Source of the DNA: Paraspadella gotoi
Taxonomy: Eukaryota; Animalia; Chaetognatha
NCBI GenBank assembly: GCA_051294375.1
Contig: CM119267.1
Span: 6,658,367-6,722,366 of the forward strand
Direction: 5' to 3'
DNA length: 64,000 nucleotides
Both the position numbers and the translations under genes were made by a program. Numbering within the stretch: the stretch's first letter is position 1; each line of letters opens with the position of its first letter. Under the pieces are notes generated by a model that had not been told where the DNA came from, did no database searches, and worked only from the letters and a program-made list of their open reading frames with translations. Of the stretch, positions 1 through 12,434 are shown piece after piece.

Positions 1-639
1 AAGGTGAACGACGCCGGAGCAGACCTACCCCCCACACTGAAAAAAAAAAAACAACGCCGCGGCGAAAGAACAACGCCGAGCCTTCGCTTTAACCGCCGTC
101 TTTTCCGCCCGAGTCCCATGGGGTGAGGTGAGATTTTTGGGTGAGGTCTCTATCCGCGAGGATCTTAGGTCGAGAGTTGGCGGGGAAAAAATGTTTTTTG
201 TAGAATAGCTACTACGAAAGATGATACTACTATACACGCTCTCACTCTCAACCTTTTTCGAATAAAATAAATATACGTAAATGAAAAAAAAAGGGACGCG
301 AGATTCTGAAAGCCCTTGAAAGCTAAACGAATTTTTAGTTAAAAAAAAAAGTCAAACGTTTTTGAATGAGACTTCATTAAAACTTAAATCGGACTCTCCG
401 TCATTAAATTTTTTGAAGAAAAAAAAGTTTCGTTTTTATTACTCATTGAAGGGTCGTTGAAAGTCTCATTTAAGGCGGATCTGTAATGACTTAATCGACT
501 TATGAATGCGATTAAAAATCCCCCCCCTCTCTCTCTCACATTATCTCTCATTCTCTCTCCCCATCTCTACTTTTCCCCTCTGCCCCCGCACTGCACTCCG
601 CAAAATTTCCTCGCGCTTCCGCCTTTTTTTAAGAATTCC

Positions 640-1090
640 ATCCAGTGACGTCAGGAAGAAAAAGCAACAACGAAAGAAGAAAAAAACCCGGCCGAGGACG
701 TCACGAGTCGGCATTCTCAACCTTCGACCCGCGCCAGAAACGAGGGCAGACGCGAGAGGGCGCGACTCTCCAGGGGGCGGGAATCCTGGGCCGGGATGAG
801 AACGCGGGGGCGAAGAGGGGGGGCGGCGAATAAGGGGGGGGGGTAAAAGGGGCCGAGGATTGCGGAATGCCGCGGCGGCGATGCGAAGAACCGACCAATG
901 GGAAGCGAGGATTTTCTTTCGCTGAGCGAATTCCCTCGGCCGACAATGGCGAATGCGCTGGCAGGGGTGATGGGGGAAAATGGCGTCCGCTGACCGATAT
1001 AATGATGTTCGCCTACATGGGCGAGAGGAATCGCTGACAGAAATAACAGCCAATACTGATTGACGAGCATGGGCACGAGCGTAAGCGTGG
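640..1090 (+). promoter_or_regulatory. GC/CpG-rich promoter-like island with possible first exon
   Basis: TGACGTCA (CRE) at 646-653 overlapping CAGGAAG, several GGGGCG boxes at ~770-830, CCAAT at 895-899, AATGGCG motifs at ~946 and ~979, and a donor-like GTAAGC at 1081. No long ORF. Motif-level evidence only. Confidence 0.3.
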
Positions 1091-2135
1091 GCATGGGGCA
1101 TGGAGCATTCCTTAGCGGGACGAAACGGGGGAAAAAAATGAATGTTTTCCAGCTAGAATGACAGGTGGCAAGTTGAGAATGGCGAAATAGCGAATGCCAC
1201 TTTGCAACTATTGTTGACACTTTAAAGCCAAAGCTTTTGAATCTACAGTCAATGTCGGAAAAAGATATCGAAGCTTAGATAAAATATACTTTAATAAATC
1301 GAAATAATAAATATCATATGATTCGTGAGTTTCTATAAAATTATAAACAAAACTAATGTGAAAGACTACTAGAAAAACAACGACGAAGACATGCTTCGCG
1401 GAAAGATAGAAAAAAAAAACACGAGGCGAATCGATGTAGGCGAGTACGACGACGACAACGACGACGACAACGACAACGACGACGACGACGACAACGACGA
1501 CGCTGTCAACGCGAACGCCAAAGACCGTTTATAACAGGAGTATCTCGTCCTAAGTTTATATTTCCATCCTTTTTTTTTTTAATGATTCAAGCGCCAACCC
1601 AAAGACGACGTCGTCGTTGTCGTCGTCGTCGTCGTCATCGTCGTCGTTGTCGTCGTCGTCATCGTCGTCTGTGAAAGTCATTCGTTTCCCTCCTTCGACG
1701 TCACAACACGATTTCCATTAATAACCATCGTCGTCGGGAGGTTTTAGAGAATATTCAATAATGGTATTAACAATATTCTAGTAGATATTGTTTTTGATAC
1801 TGCGTCGCCCCAGCGTTTCCGTAACGTAATGTCTAATCAAGTCAGACTTGGATGGGCGCAGCCCGAGTGGAACTCAAATTCTGAATAATTCGTCCTTGTG
1901 AAAGTTGAATGTTAAGACTTAAAAGTAAGCAGACTATACTTGACTATACTTGACTATACTTGACGTTGTATTAATTCAATAATTAAATTTGTATCTGAGA
2001 TGATATTGGAGTAGTAATGTTCGAAATTACGCTACTTAAGGCTGTAAAATACATACATATTCGTATTTTTAATCTATGGTTAGTGAAAAATTGTTTTCAA
2101 TTAAAAAAAAGCATGAAAACAACTACTGAGTACGC

Positions 2136-2209
<74 letters not shown>

Positions 2210-2969
2210 CTCTCTCTCTCTCCTTCTCTCTCTCTCTCTCTCTCTTTCTCCTCTCTCACCCTCCCACGCTGGTCCCAGAGGCTCCGCACTCTCCGGTCTT
2301 CCCTCGTTCCACGAATCTCTCTCTCTCTCTCTTTCTCTCTCTCCTCTCTCTCCTCTCCTCTCTCTCTCTCTCTCTCTTTCCAGAACCGCCATATGCATAT
2401 ATGAGATACTCGCTGTATGGAAATTCGTCTTAATGTTCCTCCGGCGACGACGACGACGACGACGCCCAACGACGCTCAAAAGGACGACGAGGATTACGAT
2501 GAGGACGAGACAATGACGCGAATCTAGACGATATGTGCGACGATACAAAGACGACAACTTTCCAAGAATTCGGGCTAGGTTTTGTTATTGTTACAATTCA
2601 TGAAAAGTAACGGCATGCTTGTCTTTACACCATCTTTTACTTTCCAACAGAACATAAGGTTATTTTTTTCATATTTTACAGTATTTCTTCTGCTATTTCT
2701 GGTGAGAGTGGCTGTTTCTTCAATCACTAAGTGAAATTTAACCCAATGAGATAAGAAACCCGTCTTTTGTTTTGGAAATTAGAATAAACGAGTTATTATG
2801 GCGTTAAATATGCGTATTAATCTTTCAAAAAAAACAAAAAAACCGTTTGATATTTTTGCTGCTGAGAGAAATACAGAAGTCTTTGATTGTAGCTATGAAA
2901 AACCGAATCAAAAATCCAATTTCTCTTTCCTTTAATTTGTTCTCCCATTTTTTTATACCTTCTTCATAT

Positions 2970-3027
<58 letters not shown>

Positions 3028-3398
3028 TCGCTTCGCTTTCTTCTCTCTCCTATAATTTCTATCTTCATCCAAGTATAACGCTTTCTCTCACTTTTCTCCC
3101 CTCTCTCATTTTTTCATTCCTCTTTCTTCGCGCAATCCTGTCTTCCCCTCTCCCTCTTCCCCTTTATTTCCCCAGCCTATCTCTCTCGCTCCCCGGGTTA
3201 TCGCTTTTCTCCGGGATTTTTCTATCACATTCCTTCGGATTAACTTTTCAGATGAACAAAGGAGAAAATTTTGATGAATGGTTTATGAGCGTCTGGCTGC
3301 GCGGCCAATCGAGAGAGGGGCGAAAAGAAGGGAACAGGGCGGTTCAGAGCACGTGGGGTAGGAAATAAGAGTCGAAGAAGAAAAAAACCAAATTCAGC

Positions 3399-3499
<101 letters not shown>

Positions 3500-3594
3500 T
3501 GAGGAGAAAGAAAAGGGGAAAAGTTGCCCGAGGCCTTGAGTAAGAGACGGAAACAATTAAAGAAGAGTAAGGAGATGAGGTAAGGGTATGTGAA

Positions 3595-3910
3595 AGTTGA
3601 AAGGATTAGAAGATTATATTATGAGACAGGAGATGAGCGAAGGAGATGAGTTGAAAGGATTAGAAGATTATATTATGAGACAGGAGATGAGCGATGGATA
3701 TGAGTTGAAAGGATTAGAAGATTACATTATGAGACAGGAGATGAGCGAAGGAGATGAGTTGAAAGGATTAGAAGATTATATTATGAGATAGGAGATGAGC
3801 GAAGGAGATGAGTTGAAAGGATTAGAAGATTATATTATGAGACAGGACATGAGCGAAGGAGATGAGTTGAAAGGATTAGAAGATTATATTATGAGACAGG
3901 AGAAGAGCAA
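3595..3910. repeat. 54-bp minisatellite, ~5.8 copies
   Basis: Unit ttgaaaggattagaagattatattatgagacaggagatgagcgaaggagatgag starts at 3597, 3651, 3705, 3759, 3813 and 3867. Mirrored noisy copy at ~11965-12298. Confidence 0.95.
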
Positions 3911-4194
3911 AAGAGTGGAGATATGAAAAGATTCATAGAATATTAACCTTAATTTTTTTTATTTTTAAAAAAGATTTAGATTTGTGTGAAAAAAATCCTA
4001 AAATTTTTGTCAAATATGTTTTATTATATTATGACGTTCATGTGGACAAAATGGATAAAAACGTCTGAAGAGACAGTAATGATTATTGTATGTTAGAGAC
4101 AGAACCGTTCAATATAAGCAGTCCCTGAGCTTCGGATCAGGCTGTAACACCGATTTACAGGCGGGTTCAGCGCCCCGTCCTTCTAAACTGCTAA

Positions 4195-4267
4195 GCGACC
4201 ACCGGGCTAGAACCCCGGATCTTTGCGGTTGGGAGGCCAATGACTTGTCTCCGGCACCAAAGGCCGC
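4195..4267 (-). ncRNA. tRNA-like (Gly, CCC-like) unit embedded in the 3' LTR; partial second copy ~4609-4672 in the 5' LTR
   Basis: 73 nt on the minus strand. The GCGGCC...GGTCGC ends pair as an acceptor stem, loop CTCCCAA sits at the anticodon position, and the T-arm is CCGGG-GTTCTAG-CCCGG (B-box-like). The other LTR has A-box-like TGGCGCGGAGG. The D and anticodon stems are degenerate, so this is not a functional tRNA. Confidence 0.7.
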
Positions 4268-4301
4268 TGATGAACGGTTAGTGGATTTTAGCCACCATAC
4301 A

Positions 4302-4313
4302 TCCCCCCCTCCC
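4302..4313 (-). other. Polypurine tract of the TRIM
   Basis: Minus strand GGGAGGGGGGGA is directly followed by the TG of the 3' LTR. Confidence 0.8.
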
Positions 4314-4468
4314 ATAGGGAGAAGTCTGTTGCGTCTCTTCAGTGAATTGTTGTTGTGGTGGAAAGTTCGTCAGCAGTTGAGGCATGTCGCCTGATGTGTT
4401 GTGGGCGGAAAGTGCATCGTCAGGTTGAGCATGTCGCCTAAAGTGTGTTGTTGCTGTTGTGTTCGGAA

Positions 4469-4481
4469 GTCGGGCTCACCA
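4469..4481 (-). other. Primer-binding site of the TRIM (tRNA-Trp-like)
   Basis: Minus strand TGGTGAGCCCGAC lies one base after the LTR-terminal CA. It matches the complement of the 3' end of animal tRNA-Trp (TGGTGACCCCGAC, recalled from memory) at 12/13 positions. Confidence 0.75.
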
Positions 4482-5555
4482 ATGAAGAGACAGTAATGAT
4501 TATTGTATGTTAGTGACAGAACCGTTCAATATAAGCAGTCCTGAGCTTCGGATCAGGCTGTAACACGAGTTACAGGCGGGTTCAGCGCCCCGTCCCTCTA
4601 AACTGCTAGGCTAGAACCCCGGACCTTTGGGTTGGGAGGCGAATGACTTGCCTCCGCGCCACCAATGGCCGCTGATGAACGGTTGTTGGATTTTAGTCCA
4701 CCAGACGTCTCATTTTTTATGCTGAAGACATCCTAATATTTATCAACGTGCTTTATATTTTTTTCTAAATCTGTTTGATATATCTGAATCATCAATAAAA
4801 ATTGATTTTACATTTTTAGGATATTTATATTATGGTTTTGTTTTCATAACAATATATACTTAATGAAAATATTTTTAGTACACGATGATGAATCCAGAGT
4901 GAATCCTTTACGCAGCAAATTAACAGTGCTAGTGATTTTTTTTCGTAAGTTCTCCACTCTAATGAGCAGTGGAGATGAGATGAGCAGAAGAGGAGATGAG
5001 CGGAGCGGATGAAGTGAATAGATGAGCGGAGAAGATTATCAGAGAAGATGAGAGGATGAATTTATGTCGACAGAAGCGAAGGACATGATGAAATGAAAAG
5101 ATGAGAATACGAGATCGGAAGATGAGCGGACGAGAATGTCGGAGACGAAGAGAGAAGGACATTAGATATGAGCAATTGAGCATTAAGCAAAGAAGTTGAG
5201 AAGATGAGCAAAGAGCAGCGCGGTTTGCGAAGATGAGAACGATAACGTTAATGGCGAGGAAATCAAGTTAAGGAGGAGAAAACGGAGGTTAAGTGCGAAG
5301 ATGAAATCGAATCAAGAGAGAGAAGTAAAAAAAAATGAAAGAAAGGTGAGAAGATAAGTGAAAAGAGGAAAAGAGAGAGAGAGAAAAAAAAGGGTAAATG
5401 GACATAAGTGGAAANNNNNNNNNNAGACTCTATTTCCTACAGACCCAGCCTCTCAATTTGCTCAGAATATTTCTCGTTAATCTTCCAGTTATTTATTTCC
5501 CGGTTGCATTCAACGAGGACCTGACTTGACCGTCGCGCAGAAAAAAATCCTTTTC

Positions 5556-5952
5556 CTTATGAAATTGGTACAACCAATATATAAATTATCCATTCGTTTA
5601 ATAAATAAGCTATCTTGCCCCTGACTTTGGAGAGGCTTTGGTGGTTTAAGGCCTCCGTCACTCTTACATGATAATAAGAATAATAGGGAAGCCAGGTACT
5701 CTGGGAGTGAATAAACGAGACTGTGAGAGAGTCTAGATTGAAAGCTTGCAGGCACCTGCTATGTCATTATCTTGTATGATTGATGGAGACCTTAAACCAC
5801 CAAAGCCTGTCCAAAGTCAGGGGCAAGATAGCTTGTTTATTAAATAAATTGATAATTTTTTATATTGGTTGTACCAATTTTATAACATAGCAGGTCCCTG
5901 CAAGTTTTCAATCAAGACTTGTTTATTCACTCCCAGAGTACCTGGCTTCCAT
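5556..5952. repeat. Two circularly permuted ~190-bp copies in inverted orientation (A-B-A'-B')
   Basis: A (~5560-5675) is the reverse complement of ~5767-5885. B (~5688-5765) is the reverse complement of ~5886-5950. Confidence 0.85.
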
Positions 5953-7235
5953 ATCAGTGAAGTGGTATAATGTTTCTTTCCTCAGTCTTTCCGTATTAAA
6001 TAACCTCAGTCTTAGCTAATTCATCCCTGTTCTGATTTACGTTTTCCTCACGATAAACATAATAAAATTATTTCATTTGAATATTTTATTTACGTCCAAA
6101 GTCGGAATTCTTCGTTCGACCATTTTTTTTTGTTTTGGTTTTTTACAACTCGGGGATTTTTCGATGGTTTTTTATTCTTCCGCCCATATCTTTCTCTTCG
6201 GCTGCCTGTCTGTCTCTAACTCTCTCTCTTCTCTGCTCTTCTATCGCTCTCTCTCTCTTCTCTCTCCTTCCTCTCTCTCTCTCCTTCTCTTCTCTCTCTC
6301 CTTCTCTTCTTTTGTTTTCTCTGAGAATCTCACTTCATCCTTTTTTTTCTTTTTGTGAAGGACTTTTACGACCTGCGTTACCTTCTTTCCCGCATCCCCG
6401 CTTCGATCCCCTCTTCTTCTCCTTACTTCCCCACTTTTCCCCTTTTCTTTTATCCCCTAATCCCCTTTTACTCTATTCCACGTCGAAAGCGTTAAAAAAT
6501 CCCCGCAATCATTCAGCGTCTCCACTGAATACAAATATCCGGCTAATGCCTCGCCTCGGAAGCTAAACATTATTATCATCGACTTTTCAATAATTATTCA
6601 CTATACAATCGTTAAATCGACAGTAAACTCGGTGAAGAGTAAATGCTGAACCGTGAATCTTCGAATATGCTAAGATGAACACTGGACATTGGAAATCCTT
6701 TCTTTTGTCATTTTGAATACAGTAACTCAGTTTTAAGTAGGTTCGATCCTTCTGATGCAAATTCATTGGTACAAAATTTTTTCCCTAAATTTGGTTTCAC
6801 AAAATTGGCCAGTGTTTCATTTTTTAATAGTTGATTTTCATTCAATTGTTCGTTCATCATTGTTCGTCATTTTTTGTAAACCCTCCCCCGCCCCCCCAAA
6901 AAAAATAAAGAAGGAGAAAAACCACACCATAATTTGAAAATGATTATTGGAGAAAAAAAAAAGTCCCTCGCCGAATTTACTGGCAGAATACTAAAGAATA
7001 CTGCCACATACTTCGCATAGTTGCTGCAAAAATTAAAAAACAAAAAAAAATTGTAACAGACCGTGACTTAAAACGACAACGACCACAAGAATCGAGATTC
7101 GATCCAAACGAGATTCGCCTGAAAGATTGAACTTCACTCACGCCGACTTCGCCTCCTTGAGCATTTTTGGCGGCCTCGGCAGCCGGCGTGGACGTCGGCT
7201 GGCATTCACTATCTTCCTTTCTCTCTCTCTCTCTC

Positions 7236-7327
<92 letters not shown>

Positions 7328-7425
7328 ATGACTCACTTCACTCAGCTCGCGAGTGCATTCTCGAGCTGAGCCGGTGTATTTCTCCTTTCTCTCTCTCTCT
7401 CTCTCTCTCTCTTCTTCTCTCTTCC

Positions 7426-7464
<39 letters not shown>

Positions 7465-8248
7465 TCAATCTCTCTTTTGGTCTCCCACTCTCGGTACCAC
7501 TTCCGCTTACACTCCACCGCCTGTGTTTCAGTACTCACCCTTCAATCTCCGCCAACCCGTTCTCATCCTGACTCACTCACAACCTTACCCACGTATTTCG
7601 CATCATAAATGAGAAAACCGGCGAACGGCGCCGCGGCCGTCCCTCGCCGACGCCGCTGCCGAACCTCGCCGACCCACGCCAACGCCGCTTCAGTTATCTT
7701 TGTTTTGGTCGTGGGTTTCATAGAATGGGTTTTGAGAAAATGGAGGAATAAGTTTTTGTGTGCTGTGTGTGTATCNNNNNNNNNNNNNNNNNNNNNNNNN
7801 GGTCTCTCTTCTCTCTCTCTCTCCTCTCTCTCGATCCTCTCTCTCGCTCTCTCTCTCTCTCTCTCCTCGTCTCTCTCTCTCTCTCTATCTCTCTCCCGCC
7901 ATTCTAATTAACAAACACCACACAAAACGATAACCCACAAACGCAAACACAAAGAACTTATTCCTCCATTTTCTAAACCCATTCTTATGAACCACGACCA
8001 AAAAAGATAACTGAAGCGGGCGTTGGCGTGGGGTCGGCGAGGTTCAGCGCACGCACGCGCGTGGCGAGGGACGGCCGCGGCGCGTTCGCCGGGTTTTCTC
8101 ATTTATGATGCGAAATACGTGGGTAAGGTGTTTGTGAGTGAGTCAGGATGAGAACGGGTTTGGCGGAATTGAAGGTGAGTACTGAAACACAGGCGGTGGA
8201 GTGTAAGCGGAAGTGGTACCGAGAGTGGGAGACCAAAAGAGAGATTGA

Positions 8249-8287
<39 letters not shown>

Positions 8288-8390
8288 GGAAGAGAGAAGA
8301 AGAGAGAGAGAGAGAGAGAGAGAGAAAGGAGAAATACACCGGCTCAGCTCGAGAATGCACTCGCGAGCTGAGTGAAGTGAGTCATTAAAT

Positions 8391-8481
<91 letters not shown>

Positions 8482-9435
8482 CGAGAGAGAGAGAGAGAAA
8501 GGAAGATAGTGAATGCCAGCCGACGTCCACGCCGGCTGCCGAGGCGCGCCAAAAATGCTCAGAGGCGACCCAGTCCGGCGTGAGTGAAGTTCAATCTTTC
8601 AAGGCGAATTCTCGTTTGGAATCGAATCTCGATTCTTGTGTCTTTGTCCGTTTTAAGTCACGGTCTGTTAACATTTTTTTGTTTTTTTACATTTTTGCAG
8701 CCACTATGCGATAGTATGTGGCAGTATCTTTAGTATTCTGCCAGTAAATTCGGCGAGGAACTTTTTTTTTCTCCAATAATCATTTCAAGATTATGGTGTG
8801 GTTTTCCCTCCTCTTTATTTTTTTTTGGGGGGCGGGGGAGGGTTTAACAAAAAATGAACGAACAATTGATGAACGAACAATTGAATGAAAATCAACTAAT
8901 TAACAAATGAAACACTGCAATTTTTTGTTGAAACCAAATTTAAGGGAAAAAATTTTGTACCATGAATTTGCAATCAGAAGGATCGAACCTACTTTAAAAC
9001 TTGAGTTACTGTATTCAAATGACAAAAAAAGGATTTCCAATGTCCAGTGTTCATCTTAGCATTATTCCGAAGATTCAGGTTCGCATTTACTTTCACCGAG
9101 TTTACTGTCGATTTAACGATTGTATAAGGTGAATAATTATTGAAAAAGTCGATGATAATAATGTTTAGCTCCGAGGCGAGGCATTAGCCGGAATATTTGT
9201 AAATTCAGTGGACGACGCCTGAATGATTGCGGGGATTTTTTAACGCTTTCGACGTGGGAAAGAGTAAAAGGGGATTAGGGATAAAGAAAAGGGGAAAAGT
9301 GGGGAAGTAAGGGAGAAGAAGAGGGGATCGAAGCGGGGATGCGGGAAAGAAGGTAACGCAGGTCGTAAAAAGTCCTTCACAAAAAGAAAAAAAAAGGATG
9401 AAGTGAGATTCTCGAGAAAACAAAACGAAAGAAAG

Positions 9436-9477
<42 letters not shown>

Positions 9478-11152
9478 GAGAGAAGAGAGAGAGTTAGAGA
9501 CAGACAGGCACCGAAGAGAAAGAATGGGCGGAAGAATAACAAACCACTGGAAAAATCCCCGAGTTGTAAAAAAAACCAAAACAAAAAAAAATGGTCGAAC
9601 GAAGAAATTCCGACTTTGGACGTAAATAAAAATATTCCAATATGAAATAATTTTATTATGTTTACGTGAGGAAAACGTAATCAGAACAGGGATGAATTAG
9701 CAAGACTGGAGGTTATTTAATACGGAAAGACTGAGGAAAGAAACATTATACACTTCAACTGATATGGATAGCCAGGTACTCTGGGTAGTGGATAAACAAG
9801 TTCTTGAATTGAAACTTGCAGGGACCTGCTATGTTATAAAATTGGTAACAACCAATATTAAAATTATCAATTATTTAAACTAAACAAGCTATCTTGCCCT
9901 GACTTTGGACAGGCCTTTGGTGGTTTAAGGGTTCCATCATCATCACAAGATAATGACATAGCAGGTGCCCTGCCAAGCTTTCAATCTAGACTCTCCTCAA
10001 GTCTCGTTTATTCATCCCAGAGTACCTGCTTCCCTATATTCTTAGTATCATGTAAGAGTTGACGGAGCCTTAAACCACCAAAGCTATCCAAAAGTCAGGG
10101 GCAAGATAGCTTATTTATTAATACGAATGGATAATTTATATATTGGTTGTAACCAATTTTCATAAGGGAAAAGGATCTTTTTTTTCTTTTTTGCGCCCGA
10201 AAAGGAAGAAAACAAAACGGTCAAGTCAGGTCTCCGTTGAATGCAACCGTGGAAATAAATAACTGGAAGATTAACGAGAAATTATTCTGGAGCAAATTGG
10301 AGAAGGCTGGGTCTGTAGAATAAGAGTTCTCTCGAATAACGAGAAGGCGGGAATAACGGATTCGAACCCTCTCCTATAGTTTTCTTTTTTTTTTTGTCAG
10401 CCTTTTCTCTTTCCACTTATGTCACATCCTCACTTAAACCTTTTTTTCTCTCATATCTCTTTCCTCTTTTCACTATCTTCTCACCTTTCTTCATTTTTTT
10501 TTTACTTCTCTCTCTGATTCGATTTCATCTTCGCACGTTAACTGCCGTTTTCCTCCTCCTTACTTGATTTCCTCGCCATTAACGTTATCGTTCTCATCTT
10601 CGCAAACGCGTTGCTGTTTTCTCTTTGCTCATCTTCTCAACTTCTTTGCTTATGCTCAATTGTCATATCTAAATGTCCTTTCTCTCTTCGTCTCCGAAAA
10701 TTCCCCCTTTCCCGGGGTCCGCTCATCTTCCGATTCTCGTAATTCTCATCTTTCATTTCATCATCGTCCTCGCTTCTGTCGACATAAATTCATCCTCTCA
10801 TCTTCTCTGATAATCTTTCTCCGCTCATCTATTCACTTCAATCGCTCCGCTCATCTCCTCTTCTGCTCATCTCATACTCCCACTGCTCATTAGAGTGGAG
10901 AACTTACGAAAAAAAAAATCAACTAGCTGTTAACTTTGCTGGCGTAAAGGATTCACCTCTTGGGATTCATCATCGTGTACTAAAAATATTTTCATTAAGT
11001 ATATATGTTATGAAAACAAAACCATAATATAAATATCCTAAAATGTAAAATAATTTTATTTGATCGATTCAGATATATCAAACAGATTTAGAAAAAATAT
11101 TAAAGCACGTTGAATAATATTTAGGATGTCTTCAGCATAAAAAATGAGACGT

Positions 11153-11810
11153 CTGGTGGACTAAAATCCAAACAACCGTTCATCAGCGGCCATTGGTGGC
11201 GCGGAGGCAAGTCATCGCCGCCCAACCCAAAGGTCCGGGATTCTAGCCTAGCGTTTTAGAGGGACGGGGCGCTGAACGCCGCCTGTAACTCGTGTTACAG
11301 CCTGATCCGAAGCTCAGTTGACTGCTTATATTGAACGGTTCTGTCCTAACATACAATAATCATTACTGTCTCTTCATTGGTGGAGCCCGCTTCGAACACA
11401 ACAGCAACACAAACACTTTAGGCGACATGTCTCACACCTGACGATGCACTTTCCGCCCACAACACATCAGGCGACATCGCTCAACTGCTGACGAAACTTT
11501 CCACCACAACAACAATTCACTGAAGAGACGCAACAGACTTCTCTCCTATGGGAGGGGGGGATGTATGGTGGCCTAAAATCCACTAACCGTTCATCAAGCG
11601 GCCTTGGTGCCGGAGACAAGTTCATGTTGGCCTCCCAACCGCAAAGATCCGGGGTTCTAAGCCCGTGGTCGCTTAGCAGTTAAGAAAGGACGGGGTTGCT
11701 GAACCCGCCTGTAAATCGGTGTTACATAGCCTGATCCGAAGCTCAGGGACTGGCTTATATTGAAACGTTCTGTCTCTAACCATACAATAATCATTAACTT
11801 GTCTCTTCCC
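11153..11810 (+). mobile_element. Mirror copy of the TRIM inside the right arm of duplication 1
   Basis: Same LTR-PBS-PPT-LTR order and the same flanks as 4066-4704, with scattered indels. Not an independent insertion. Confidence 0.8.
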
Positions 11811-12399
11811 GACGTTTTTATCCATTTTGTCCACATGAACGTCATAAATATAATAAACATATTGACAAACATTTTAGGATTTTTTCACAGGGCAAATCTA
11901 AATCTTTTTTAAAATAAAAAAAATTAAGGTTAATATTCTATGAATCTTTTCATATTCTCCCACTCTTTTGCTCTTCTTCCTGGTCTCATAATATACATCT
12001 TCCTAATCCTTTCAACTCACTCTTCGCTCAATGTCCTGTCTCATAATATAATTCTTCTAATCCTTTCAAACTCATCTCCTTCGCTCATCTCCTATCTCAT
12101 AATATAATCTTCTAATCCTTTCAACTCATCTCCTTCGCTCATCCCTGTCTTCATAATGTAATCTTCATAATCCTTTCAACTCATATCCATCGCTTGTTTT
12201 TTTCCAATCCTCCTGTCTCATAATTAATCTTCTAATCCTTTCAATCAATCTCCTTCTCTCATCTCCTGTCTCATAATAATCTTCTAATCCTTTCAACTTT
12301 CACATACCCTTACCCTCATCCTCCTTACTTCTTCTTTAATTGTTCCGTCTCTAACTCAGGCCTCGGGCAACCTTTCTTTCCCCCTTTCTTTCTCGCTCA

Positions 12400-12434
<35 letters not shown>

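Larger units (their letters stand above)
4066..4704 (-). mobile_element. TRIM (non-autonomous miniature LTR retrotransposon) with tRNA-derived sequence inside its LTRs (Helenus/TRIMp3-like)
   Basis: Two ~220-236-bp direct repeats (4066-4301 and 4483-~4704). On the minus strand both end ...CTCTTCA and the 3' LTR begins TGTATGG. PBS TGGTGAGCCCGAC lies 1 nt after the 5' LTR, and PPT GGGAGGGGGGGA directly precedes the 3' LTR. The 181-bp interior is non-coding. ACGTC flanks both sides (4061-4065, 4705-4709). Confidence 0.85.

Noticed and set aside
1001-1130. Possible C/D snoRNA (ATGATGT...CTGA) or hammerhead (TTGACGAG...GAAAC)
   Set aside because: Boxes are imperfect and the required stems could not be built.
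1931-1963. GACTATACTT resembling the 5' end of U3 snoRNA
   Set aside because: It is a 10-bp triplication with no downstream U3 boxes.
3597-3910. 54-bp array as a repeat protein or CRISPR array
   Set aside because: The units are contiguous with no unique spacers, there is an in-frame TAG in the fourth unit, no cas genes are present, and the context is eukaryotic.
4195-4267. Functional tRNA-Gly gene or stand-alone SINE
   Set aside because: The D and anticodon arms do not pair properly, and the unit sits inside LTRs with a PBS and PPT rather than ending in a SINE tail.
4267-4300. CTGATGA hammerhead core in the TRIM LTR (plus strand)
   Set aside because: No stem II followed by GAAA, so the catalytic core is incomplete.
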